A stretch of 53,210 nucleotides of DNA, filler included, from Sphacelaria rigidula (taxonomy: Eukaryota): the NCBI GenBank assembly GCA_964200075.2. It is 4 parts of 4 records of this genome, joined end to end, with 100 filler letters (N's around TTAATTAATTAA, not from the genome) between each part and the next. Parts side by side here need not be neighbours in the genome. Positions count along the whole stretch, not along the records: positions 26,657 to 39,883 come from CAXNAA020003050.1; positions 39,984 to 53,210 come from CAXNAA020003051.1; 2 more parts are not named here. One strand, 5' to 3'. A program made the translations under genes and the position numbers. Of the stretch, positions 36,401 through 49,200 are shown piece by piece (positions within the stretch are counted from its first letter, which is position 1; each line of letters begins with the position of its first letter). A model generated the notes under the pieces. That model searched no databases, had not been told where the DNA came from, and was given only the letters and a program-made list of their open reading frames with translations.

Positions 36401-39400
36401 ACACCCCTCCTCTGTTGTTGTGTTGCTCAAACGGCCACAGAACACACGCATATTCATACACACAAATATATATGTATCGCATACACTCAGACGCTAACAT
36501 TAAGGTAATTCCTTCCGCTTTCTGCTCATCGAAGGCGCGCGCGCGGTGCTTTATCGGAGGAACAGAATCTGAGGCAGCAGGCAGAGGAGGCGCTGCTTAG
36601 CGCTGAGGAACTCCGCCGGAAAGAGGTCTGTACTACGTACAAAGGACAAGCACATACTTGAGTACTTTAGATAATAAATATGATTGTAGTTGTAACGCAG
36701 CGCCAATGGACAGTATGGGCATGCTGTTCTCCAGTGGAGCGCACCTGGAACCATTTTGTAACGTCGGCAACATGGAGAATGACCGCGGCTATCGTGGTGG
36801 TGAAGACGAGTCACGGCTGATTTTCGTTCCAAACACGTTTGAACTGGGTATACATATAAGAAAGTCTTCTCGAAAATGGGGTTCAATATTGCGGTGAGGT
36901 TGAACCTACTTTTGGATTTTCGCTGTTCTTTTTTAAATAGTTGGAACAACAAAAACCATTTCATCTAGTTTATTTGTAGTGAAAGATAAGCAGATGTGTT
37001 GCTGGGTGTTGTCTTAAGTGTCATCATGTACAGCTGCTTGCTGCCAGAACAGCAACACTGTAGATTGCGGTTAGTCCCATGTAGTATAGAACCCACGACC
37101 ATGGAGACTTCCTCAGGATACAGAGTGAAACAAGATACCTCTGGCGGTGACATAGCTGCTGCTGGCGTGACCCACACGGGGGCTGGCATGCTGTAGGCTG
37201 TGAGCTGTGGGGCGCTGTTTCTGATGTACAGTCAATATGCACTGGGGGCAGGGGTCACATCTTCTTCAATTTTTCGATTGTCCTTCACTCTGCCGAGGCC
37301 ACCACAAGCTTTCCCTGACGCGAGATCCGGTTCCACCACGAGCAAGGGCGTTCTCGTAACACATGTACTACTTCCCGTTTCATTTATGGCCGACGCCGTC
37401 GAGCGCTGTCCAAAAACGTCTGGTCTGGGATAGGTCGGGTCAGGTGGCGACCCAGTGCCGCTGTTGTTCCTTTCTCTGAAACCCATGGAATTCATAGTCG
37501 TCGGCTGTACCCAGAGATGTGCACATCGGAATGTGTTCAGTATGTGGAACTACAATGGATGCAAGCAACAAAAAACGTGTGTGGAGGTCTCAAAATAGCT
37601 GGGAAAAGTTTATAGAAGGAGCTTTCGTCGTATCCCCAGGAGGATCAAGAAATGCGATGCTGCTGTGTTCGGCCGAGCACATGCTTCCACGGCATGTGTC
37701 TCTTGGTGGTAAAAATTCAAGCGCTTTTATTTTTATCTTCGTGAGAAAATGACAATCCCCGAGCACATGTCGTGAGTTACCGCACAACGGAGAAAGAGGT
37801 GGGATATGGCTTCACCCCTCCACAATATTTAGATACTTTGCTAATGGGATATGCAAGCTCCTCGGGGGTTCGCAAGATTCACACCGATCCTAGCACACCG
37901 ACTTGCGAGGGCGACGCGTGTATATGGTGGCCAATACATTGACATGTACCATTTCTTCAACATTCGGTGATAGCGCATAATACTGTTTCCTCGGGCGGAG
38001 AGCGCATAGATTGTGTATACATTATTGAAAAGCGTTTTCGTCCGATAACCCACGGCGAGGGTTTGTGACGTTAGACCAGCCGGTTCAATCATGTGCGGGC
38101 GGCCTGTGAAGTCGGCAGCGGATCGATTTACAGCAGCGCCTCCATGGGAAGAAACAAATTCCTCTCATCGGGTTAGAGTAAATTTGCCCAGGTTCACGAA
38201 TCTTGGGTCACTGCTCGTCCGCACGCACGTTTGGAAAAACCTTTCAGACTCCGTTCCCGGCAGCGCCACGCCAATCACGAATAATCGGCAATACGGGCGG
38301 TGGGACTACACAAATGGAGGGCAGGATGAAATATCGAGTCCCCGCGGCAATATCAAATTCCATGCTTCATTTACTCGCCGTTGGCGTCAACCCTCTCAGA
38401 CGATCCGCCTGTCGAGAGAGTTGGACGAGACGCGAGAGAGCATGGACAGCACTCGGAGAGTATACGAGCTTGCGGTTGGAGGGCGAACTTCTTGGCGAAA
38501 GGCGATTGGCGATAAAGAAAAAGCTCGTCAGGAGGCGAACAGCAGGTGAACGGTTCTGTCCATTGCTGTAGGGGTGTGGTGGTGGTGGGGGTGGGGGAGG
38601 ATGGCGATAGCTGTTGCGACGGGCGTGGTTAGGTAGCTATTCACAGCGTTCATTCAACCACGAAATATTTCAGCTGTGGTCCGGGCCGGCCTCTATTTGA
38701 GGGGTCCACTGCTTGTGGGTCATGCTGGGAAATACGCAAACGTTTCTCAAATTCATCTAGAGAGGAGGTGAATTAATTCCACCAGAAGACTGGTGTGCTT
38801 GTTGGTTCCGCCGGTTCTCTGCGGCATACGTAGCATGTGGGCCAGCTTCCAGTTCTTGGACGATGAGGCACCTGCGCGACCACCCAGGTTTCGCAATATT
38901 AAATGCACGATCCCCACGAAGCTAGAAAGCTGCAGCGATCGTTTGACCACCGCAAAATTCGGGGTGTGCAGGCCCCGACGCTTACCAGGTGATCAAAGTA
39001 TCTACGTTTGTTTCCTTTCCGCGCGCATGTCCTGGGGAAAATCTGTGACGACTGACAACCTTAACCTTGAACGTGTGGTGGTGCAACGGATCTCGAGAGA
39101 ACGTCGTTCAAGTCACACAGCAAAAATCTAATCTTACCGGACGAGTGCGTCGGACTCCTCGCAGGGCCGAGGCTGCGGAGATTGCGTTCAAGGAAGCGAC
39201 GGGCAAACACAAGCAGGCGGCAGCAAATACAGAGAAGGAGATCGCCGCCCTTAAGGCACAGGTACATGTATATGACCCGCTCGAACCACAAAATCGCTGT
39301 AAATACAGCCACTTCGTAACTCGTGAGATTGTTGCGAGAGTGTTAGATTAGTAGTCAACGATATACGCCACTGGCACCGAAGAGATCACCCCAAAGGCAC

Positions 39401-39706
39401 TAGAGCGCACACGGATTTGAGAAACAACCATGGGTTACCACCCAGTTACCCTTTGACACCACGGACACAGGATTTCCAGGTGAATATTCTACAAATAGTC
39501 GCTCATGTGTAGATATGAAAGAGCAATCACATCAAGATATCATTGCGATCATTTTTCTCCGATTCACCTTGCTCTCATGTCGAATTTGCACCACGTTCGC
39601 AGGTTGTGCGTGCCAGTCGCAATCTGGCCGTGTCTAAGCGTGAGCGACAAGCGGAGGTGGATGCATTGGAGGCGCGCGTGGAGAAACTCGTTCAAGAAAC
39701 TCGCAG
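28998..39706 (+). CDS. Unidentified long coiled-coil protein, internal fragment; join(28998..29137,30161..30275,31065..31123,31747..31897,33433..33579,34868..34962,36535..36625,38400..38545,39165..39261,39603..39706)
   Basis: Ten AG/GT-bounded exons whose phases chain with no stop (2,0,2,0,0,2,0,2,0,2), giving ~381 aa rich in E/R/A/K/L ([16 protein letters not shown]...[19 protein letters not shown]...[10 protein letters not shown]...[10 protein letters not shown]...[18 protein letters not shown]). No start or stop seen. Confidence 0.88.
29792..30007 (+). mobile_element. MITE-like repeat family C copy
   Basis: Homologous to 50472-50686 (poly-C-AAAGTG start; ATGAGGYGCCTCATGCAGC core). Confidence 0.7.
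32405..32690 (-). mobile_element. Repeat family A copy
   Basis: Reverse complement of 1140-1416. Confidence 0.8.
32790..32862. repeat. Repeat family B end (G-run + CGTACTCATTTGTTGCTTGCCTTAGTCG...)
   Basis: Same sequence at ~39812-39883 and ~48445-48510. Confidence 0.75.
33327..33409. repeat. (CA)n microsatellite
   Basis: About 40 CA units just upstream of the exon at 33433. Confidence 0.97.
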
Positions 39707-39883
39707 GTGATACTGCACTCATGCCGTGGTTAGTGTCTGCGCTCCTGTTCCGCAGATCATGTGTAGTTCATTCTACGGCAGCAGATAGGGCCGGCCAGGC
39801 TGGGGGAGGGGGGGGGGGGGGGGGTACATATTTGTTGCTTGCCTTAGTTTTTGGACCGCTGACCACGCATCCTTTTCCGTACG

Positions 39884-39983
39884 NNNNNNNNNNNNNNNNN
39901 NNNNNNNNNNNNNNNNNNNNNNNNNNNTTAATTAATTAANNNNNNNNNNNNNNNNNNNNNNNNNNNNNNNNNNNNNNNNNNNN
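39884..39983. other. Artificial assembly linker
   Basis: 100-nt N/TTAATTAATTAA/N block. Confidence 0.98.
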
Positions 39984-40329
39984 GTAAATAGCGTGGGGCT
40001 ATTTCACTCTGTCGATAAAACTCTTGGACACTATAAAACTGTCTGTCCAAACTGGTGATGCCTTAGACTCTTGGTACTCAACCATTCAATATTCTGGCAA
40101 TATGCTAACTCTCTGTATACGAGCTATGCAGCACATGAACTATTCAGTATTCTGAGATGAATATCTCGCACACTGCACTACGTCGGTTATTCCAACGGTC
40201 TTTATTCTAACGGTGAACCGTTACTGATTTTACCGCTAATCTCGAGTGTGTATATTCGGAACTGTTATTTCTCAACTTCCAACAATGCGGATTGTCCTTG
40301 CAATTTCCGCAAGGCAGGGATAGAAAGTT

Positions 40330-41470
40330 CGAGCGCGTGGACTTCAAGCGAGCATGCCCGAATGTCGCACTCTCGGAGGATATCTTACGGCAAGCTTCCT
40401 GATGAAACCATCGTCAAGAAACGCAACGCTATTTACACGGTCAGGAACAGTTGGGATGGTTTAAGGAGCTGCATAACACCATTCGCAGCGGCGGATAGAA
40501 ACGTAGCGAGGGCAATGAGTGCACATACTGCTGCCGCCCAGAAGTCGAACGGATTGCCGTGCTTGCGACGTATGTGGACGGTATCCTCTTAGCCGGGGAC
40601 TACGAAGAGTAGATGCAACAGCTAGATAGCAACATTTTGAATATGTACTATGGGCAAGACTTGGGTGTGCCGGACAAACTTATCAGTGTTGGCCTAACAG
40701 TGACGAACGAAAGCATCAGGCTTCACCAAGCACTCTCCGACGTATCGCCATTGGAGAGATTAGCTCCACCGGTATACGCAAGGTTTCGACGCCGCTCGAC
40801 CCTAAAATAAACCTGTCGAGAAGACGAGACCAACGACAAAGAACTGGACACTTCATGTTCGCCCTGCGCGTGGTGGATTTTGGGGAAGCTCGTCTTCCTG
40901 GCAAGGATGACGAAACCGAATGTCTCCCGCGGCGTTCGAGAGCTTAGTCGAGCGTTCGCGCTCCCTTGCCGCGACATTGGTGGGGGCTACAAGATGTACT
41001 TCGCTACCTCGCGGGTACGCCTAAGATAACATTCGGTGCATGAAAAGTGCCGAAGAAAACTCGGATGCTCTGACTGGAGTCAAGGCACGGAGAATCGCAG
41101 GAGCTTTACCGGATGCTTCCTGCTAATCAACCAACTTCCAATCGCCCGAAAATCGGAGTCACCGACGTCAGTACTGTAACTCTATCGCCATCGGAAGCAG
41201 ATTTCACAGGGATGGTATATATTGTACGTCACGCGGTTTTCATGGGAGGCGCCCTTAGCGAAATGGGATCCGCTGAGGGAAACATTCCATGGTCCTGTGA
41301 TAACCACGGTGCCATTCGAGCGGCATCGAAAGCTGGATGCAGGGGACGTACCAAGCAGGTAGGAATCAAGGTGGAGAACACACGCAAGTATATTGAAAAT
41401 GGGACGATGGTTTGGTGTACGTGTAAAGGATCAAATTCTAGTCGATTCCACGAAGAGACCGCAGGAGTTG
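40330..41470 (+). mobile_element. Decayed Ty1/copia retrotransposon, RT-RNase H remnant
   Basis: Degenerate copia motifs in the expected order across frameshifts: VDFKRA..N (xDVKxAFLN), TIVKKRNAIY (KLxKALY), LATYVDGILLAG at 40571 (YVDD mutated), STVTLSPSEADF (STVALSTxEAEY), CDNHGAI..RTKQVGIK (DNxxAI..RTKHIDI). Confidence 0.85.
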
Positions 41471-41729
41471 TTGGTCGCCGAGTCTATTACAGCGACCTCT
41501 AACAGCAACTCCATGGAGGAGTATGCAGAGTTGGCGTGGGTTGGTATGACGCCGCAAAGTACACCACTCACTGCGTAAGCAACCACGTTGCTGGTTTTTT
41601 CTCGCTTATGTTTATTTTGGGTAACCATGATGGTAGTCGAGTTGGATTGCATTGTGTAGAGTGGATAACCTGAACTCCGCGCAAGGGGAGCAGTGTTCAA
41701 ATGGCGAGAAACCCATTGGGCAGTGTAGC

Positions 41730-42010
41730 TCGTGGCCGTCTCTGGGGAAGAGGCGATATCAGATAGTGTAGCAATTCATTGAAGGCTGTCATCCGTGTGT
41801 AAGATACTCGGTACGCTTCGGGTCCAACACTGTATGCGGGATGCAGCTCATCCTTCACGCGACTCGACGAACACATCAGGGCGCTTCGCGTTTGGTGGCT
41901 AATTGCGAGCCTGGTCCGGCAAAACTTCTTGTGCTCCGTCCTGGCTTTATAGGAATGCGAGGTCAACGGTCTTATGACCATGGCATGCAAGATCATGAGC
42001 GCACCCCCCA
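41730..42010 (+). mobile_element. Repeat family A copy
   Basis: Homologous to 1140-1416. Confidence 0.8.
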
Positions 42011-43201
42011 TCTTCAGCTTTCGTGACTGATGGTGGGCGTGCGCCAGGATATTTCCAATCAACGGAAAATCCGACCTTGATCAACGGGTACCTTCGTTAA
42101 TGTATGCTGTGGGCGCCGTCCTCCGTTCTCCTCCATTGTACGCGGTCAATGTATCCGGTTGATATTCGCAAGCTACAAAGTATGCTGAATAGATCACTCG
42201 ATTCCGAATCTATTCACATTCTACCGTAGTCTTGCTCTGTGAAAACTTGGCTCTAGCTTCCTGCTGCAAAGTGCTTCGACAATGATAGTAATAGTTATGG
42301 GTGTGGGGATTGGTGACGGTCATGATGGTTGACGCCTCTCCAATCAACTACAAAAAAGTGCCCTCAGGTGGCCTCATAAAAAATAAACACTTCCAGCAAA
42401 GCAGTAACATGTACAGCAACGCATCATGACATGTGCTCACCTGATAAAGGCTTCCTTGGCGCCTAGTCGTATCGTCATTTTGTTTCCAGTAAAACAGTGA
42501 TACTGCATGTACCGCATGACATCATGGCATATGTTCATCTGCTGTAAGACTCCTTGGCGTCTGATATTGAAAGTGATGCATTTTGGCTCGAGATTGCAAT
42601 AGAGATCGAACAATATTCTGACGATTATGGAACTGAAAAGGTGAAAGCGCACGACTTTGCATGATCGTGAAACGTTCTTATAAGCTGTGGGCATCCCAAA
42701 TGGACGACTGTGTAGAGTATCACATCCCTGATGGAAACCTATGTGGGGTATGGAATTCTACCTGGGTTGCTCATCTACCATGATCATCTGGGATACCGGA
42801 TCCACCCGGGACGTCCATCAGGGGTACGGACATCGTCAAACATGTCCCCACAACACTAACCCAAACGCCAAAACCTTGTTGGTTCGATAGGAGATGAGAT
42901 CTCTGTCCACCTCCGTGGCTGGGTACCGAAATATGAGAGTACTCGTTCTCTCCGTGAACATGTCCATACTCGTATCAAGCACAACCAGTGCAATGCGATC
43001 ATTCATGGAACCTGACTGCCCTACTTCCGTACGACCCCGGTATAGACCGTAATCAACGTGGAACTGATAAAGCGAGTGTGAGTTGCGACAAAGCGTTTCC
43101 ACCGCAGCTGGCGACACTCCGCACATGATGGAATCGCCCTGCGGTGGTACAACGGCTAGACATTTGCAGTAGTAAAGTGCCGTACTATCGTCTGCTCTCA
43201 C

Positions 43202-46200
43202 CAGAGCTGCTGCCCCAGCGGCGGTAGGACAGGCCATGGAAGTGCCCAGTCCGCCAAACAGGCTGCAGGAGTTATCGTCCGTTCCACCTCCCGATGCGGA
43301 GAACAACTGGTGACAGAGAGACGAGGGGAAGAGAGAAGATGTGAGCTACACCTGATCATGACAAAAGACTCGAAACCCGGTTTTCAAAGAGTTGCTCTTT
43401 ACCATGATTCTAGAGAAGACTCAATCGGAAGCCTCAAGCGCCCACTATATCACTTGCATTTTACGATGACAACGTTCAACAGACACCACCCTATCTTCTA
43501 TGCGAGTCTCGCGGCTGTGCGTTCGTGGACAGTCTAACCGGCTGTTGGTCTTGCCTACGGTAGAGCTACGCGCCAGCTATCGTTTGCCTCGATGCTTTCG
43601 GCTGATAACCGTGTGGGTATTCAGCATAACCCAGCACTTTGTTCTTCTCCGGCCTCTTCGCTTCACTATCAAACTCGGAAGGCGTGTACGTCTTTTCCTA
43701 CGATACGGGAGGGGGCGGGAGGAGGCGGGAGGGTGAGCCAACTGTTGCACCAAGAAGCTACTCCGAAACGTCGCTGAGAACATATGGCTATACGAATGCT
43801 CTTCTCATCAATAACAAGTTCCCTTTCACACCACTCGACATCATTGTCACCGATGTAGATAATCCATTGCTTGTGTATCAGGTCGTAAAACACACCAATG
43901 GTCTCTTTTAGGGGGCAACAACCCCCCTTGCCACACCCATCGTGGGATCAAACGCATATAGCTTCAGGAAAAGCGTGGTTGCACGTACTGTTGCGCATCT
44001 TGGCGTCCACGCCAATGACATTGTCGTTGTACCTGTTCGCCTGGGGCCACAAGCTCCGGTTTGATTCGGCCGTCAGGCGTAGGGCCGTAGGAACTAAAGA
44101 AGGACACCGTATCAATGTCAGCTGGCACATCAGGTGTGGTTGAAGGCAACCCGATGGGTACCGAGCCTAGTGGTTGAACGCATATCCACGGATAGCCCTC
44201 GGGTGTGTACCGGTTAGCCCCAAATTTTTCGTAGCGGACACGCCCGTCAGATCCCGTCAAGGGGCCACCTGGACAACACATGGTTCATGCCACAGGCAAA
44301 GAGTATCAGGACGACGGCGTAGTAGTCATCGGTGTAGCCCTACGATAATCAGTGACTACCGCCATTGATACGAGGATCCTGGGGTTGTGGAGAGGAAGGA
44401 TGTATGGTCCGCAACGCCCTAAAATGACGTGCACAGATGTAAACGGCAACCACCGTCACCTTTGCGTGAGGAATTACTGTACTGTCTTGATTATTCAACC
44501 ATGCTTTGAGCGTAACGCTAGTAAGGCTAGGAAGATACGACTACTGTAAGACTACCAATCAAGCGTGTGCCTCGGATAACGCGTTTCCCAGTGTCGCTGA
44601 CAATCATATTCGCATCACCAATTCTACCTGTCGGAAACTTACGGGAAGGCCCATTTGATGTGGCCCCAATGGTCAAAACATTTTTGCCTGTTCCAGGTGA
44701 TCCTAGCGTGCAACCAGCATCGAAATCCACCCCTTCAATGTCCTTGAGTGCGCCCATATTCCCTGCAGCAAACACCAGCAGGTGCTCTGGGTTCTGCAAG
44801 CATGTGGCAATGCAGAGCGGGCGGTAGGGAATTGAGGTTGATATGCACAGGCATAGCGAACGGAGGAGGGTGAGTGGGGGCAATCAAACGTGCGGCAGAC
44901 GTGAAATTGCCATGTTCAATAGAGCAGAAAGAGATATAACTCGCGTGCGTGTTGTCGCTGCATGATCCTTACTGCCACAGGCATGCAAACTCGAGCTGGC
45001 GGTCTTTCGTACTCATGTAGATCAAACCTCAATACAAGCAGGTGCAGAAAGTTTCACATGACAGGAATCGAATCGGCATTCATCTCCAGTAAGCCTACAA
45101 GTACCCATGCCGTCTTCATTGGTCTGAAATAACGCTATACGATAAACTATCGATACTTCGATGCACTTGAATTGGCATTCGCCTCTTGTTTTCCTCTGTT
45201 TTTGTCACACTTTGAACCCCCCCCTCCTCGGGACGAGTCCGTGGTCTAATGGTGATAGCCCGACCATTGTACCACCGGGTGTCAAGCAGATTCTCGATCT
45301 GTTTGCGACTTTTGGTCGACTTTCCGGAGTAATCTGCCCAAAAACCAATGTTACAGTACAACCAAGCACGACAGTGCTTGCTTATGCTGTGCAGAGCGCC
45401 GACCCGTGCTGCGCGTTGAACATACCCACCTCGTACATGAAGGTGTCGTACAGAACCTCATACTCCGTTGCCTCACAGAGCGCGAAGTAGGCCCAAGAGT
45501 TGGAATGAATCTTGGCTCCCGTCCCAAACGTGGCATTCCACAGGTAATTACCGGCGAGGGTTGCATAAAAGTCTGATGAGACACTGTTGAGATATGTGGC
45601 ATCAAAAATGGCAAGCTTTGCGCCGGGAGCCACGCCGTTGTGTTGAACCAGAGTCTCCAAGACATCCTCGCCCAAACAGTTGGACGAATCGGCGCTGTTG
45701 CCGTCACAGTCGTATGCGGGACAGTACGTTTCGATGTTCAAGACCTCGTTGGATATAGCAAGCTCGGCATCCGACGGCGTCATGCATTCACCCGCACAAC
45801 TCGGGACTTCGTCGGCGGCACACTGCTGCGTCAGGAACCGACTACCTGTTAGGTTTGAAAAGAAGACATTCGACAAATAGCGTACACAGCTTGAATGGTC
45901 TTGTGTAATATCATGTCCGCCAGGATATTCTACCGCGAGATCTAACATCATACTACGGAACGATTTCATATTTTTGATCTGCACCTCGATAGTATTCTCG
46001 TTTGAGATTAACGCTTATTTTCAAGGTGACAACATTTAAAAATTGAGCAACTTCATCCCCCAAGAGTGTCTTAATTCGATTTGGGGGGGGGGAGGAAGGT
46101 TGGGTTGCAGAGGGGTTTGGCCAAGTATTTGATTTTAGTGTTCTACCAGAAAATGGCTTACTCTTGGTGTATCGTCGAATACACCCTAGACTGCAATGAG

Positions 46201-49200
46201 GGACATGCCTTGCGTAGCTTTAGTGTAAGGCCAACAACTAATTGCTTTCAGTATCGATTCAAATATTACTTGATTGCAAAGCGACGACTGGAGCGAGACA
46301 GTTCGTACCACGAGGCGCGCAAAAATAAACAGCGAGGGATGCAGACCGTAGTGTCCGTAGATGGCGGAAGAGCATGGCAGACCGCACGAGTGCACCCGAA
46401 TCTGAAACATCGAGAAGTGAAGGAACTCCATCGTCGGTTGAGAAAACCGGTTTACCTGTAAACAAAACTAGATATTTTGCTGCTATAATCGATACGACAT
46501 GTGTAAATGTTTCAATAAAATGGCGCATCTGGGAGAGGGAAGGGGGAAATAATCCCTCCACAGCTTCAACATTTTACGTTCAGCCCCGTTGTGATACTTC
46601 GGCTTTCTCTTTTGAGCAGAGAGCTTTCTGTGTTGGGGGTGGTGCGTTTTGTCAAGACCCTGCCGCAAAACAAGGCGCCTCTCTGGGGTACGAGGATACT
46701 GCAGTGTTTATAAATGAATATCTTAAACCACGTCACTGCTGCTGCGCAACGTGTTTCAGACGGTGAAAAGTTGAGCGAAAGATGATGTTTCCCACCCATG
46801 ACATGAGGTGAAGGAGCGGAAAGGGTTCCTTTCCAATCCATACGCAAAATGTCGAAGCTGGCCTATCTGGCTCTTCCTCGTTGCGGGTTTTATCGAACCG
46901 TGTATATTTGAGCTAGCACGCAGGTGATGTAATCGCATTCGATGTTGTTTTGAACAGCTGTTAATAATGTGCATATAAAATCAATACATAATAATGTACA
47001 GCATGAGGTTAACGCCAGGCTCGCGCAGTCGAGCGAGTTAAGTTTCGAGTATCCTCTAATCGCGTGAACCAGATCTCAACCTTCAGGTGAGATCCTAGAC
47101 CATTTTCTAGTTTCTAGGATTGGCCAGAATGACCGACTGTGTAACCGCATTCGATGTTGTTTTGAACAGCTGTTAATAATGTGCATATAAAATCAATACA
47201 TAATAATGTACAGCATGAGGTTGACGCCAGGCTCGCGCAGTCGAGCGAGTCAAGTTTCGAGTATCCTCTAATCGCGTGAACCACATCTCAACCTTCAGAT
47301 GAGATCCTAGACCATTTTCTAGTTTCTAGGATTGGCCAAAATGACCGACTGTACAGCCGATGTACCCCGAACAAAGGTTGAAGCCTTCGTTTGGGGCAAC
47401 AAAATGCCATGTCTACCTCGTCGATCCAACGACACCCGGCAAAGTTACAGTAGTCTCGTCAAACGCCGGTCATTTCACGAAATCGGCTGCTACTCCCCCC
47501 TTGCCTACCGTGTGCGTGCGAGAGGGATGTGTAGAATGACTCGAGGTATCAGAAGCCTTGAAAAGTTAGACACGAGATCCAGCGACCAAGAGTAAGAACA
47601 GCCTCTGCTCACGGTGCGTTGGCGGAATAGTCCATTTTTCCAGTTCAAACGGCAGAAACAAACATCTACGATCTGCCTTTTTACACGAATGGTTTATGGC
47701 GCGGTACGACACTTTTTTTTAGATATCTACAATCTGTATCAAACGAAAACTTCAGCTGGCGCGCTCATCCCTCGCGATAATTCAAAATAACACAACTTTG
47801 CAGCTCGTCTACAAAGTACTTAAATCTGCTGAATAGAAGAACTCCGTGCGTACAAGACAAACATAAACCCGTCTCCTGCCGGAGAAATAAACGAACGCGA
47901 AAGTCACATGGAAGAGGCCGTGACACAAGGTAGGTGACATTCTTCATCAACGGTTCTGATTCCGTTTTTCTCCACTCGCTTCCGGCTCAGCGTCGCTTCC
48001 GTACTTAAAACAGCCTGCAATGTGTGACCCAATTTTGACCCCACAAAACGGCGCCCTTAGGTTTTGCTCGCGAAATGAGACTCCTCGGTTTCTTCCTTCA
48101 AGCCTCTCTTGAATACAGTAGCAGCGTTTGTACCCTACACCTGTAGGGCTCGTGGATGAGAACGCATGCCCAAGCTTCCACGGCCGTTTGATTTTGCTTC
48201 GTGTACGGTTGTCGTGTTCTTAGAAGACGGTCTCCTTCTCTGGAAATTATGCCGCAGGGGGGCGGCTGTTCTAGGTGATTGACACGAGCTTTTACGAATC
48301 GCGGATGGATTGTTCCGGAAGATGAGTGAAACTACACATGATGGTCGGAGAGTGCATTCGCAATTTGTTTCAGAATGTTTTCATGTTCGCCGATGTTCCT
48401 ACCATGGTTTCAAAACGACACCGCCAGGGTGGTAGTGCGTGTGGGAGGCGTACTCATTTGTTGCTTGTCTTAGTCGTTTAACCATTGACCACTCATCCCT
48501 CTTGGGACGGAGCGCGCGCGGGGGGGTGAAGGGGGGGGGCAACGGCTTCCACGGTGCTGCAATATCACTATCGTGCGTCTTGTGCCCGAGGATGCGGGTC
48601 CATTAACCCAACCACGATATCATCTTCTCTTTTCCCGGCTGTTGGTCCGTACTGGATATCGCGGCGCTGAACAAATACAGCAATGAAGGGGGTTCCGACG
48701 TAGCCTCGAAGCGACAGCTCATACTAACGTGTCAACGTGGTCAGACTACTGGGCCGACATCTACGGCCACAAGACGCATGGTATTGATTTTACAGCATGA
48801 TGGCAAACCTTTGCCGCCGCCCCTCTTCCACTCCCCCTCCTCCCCCACGCGCGCACTACTACCCTGGCGGTTGTCGTTTCGGAACCATAGGGGGAAGCTC
48901 AACAAGCATTACCACATATTGTTTTTGATGTAAATGCACTTTTAGACCATCATGTGTAGAGTCTCTCATTTCCCCACAAAATCCATCCGCAATTTGTAAA
49001 ATTCCGCTTTGATTCTTTTGTTTCCATCAGGATCGTTTTGTTGTTCTTTTCTTTTTGTTACTTGGTGTTCTTCTTTCCGTCCCTTTCGTTTCTTTTCTGT
49101 GTGTTGTCAAGTTTTTGGCGCTGACCGTTTTTTTCGGTTCACTCCGTTTGTTCTTGCTACCGCAAGTGCTTCCGATTTGCATACCTTGGGGTACGTCAGC

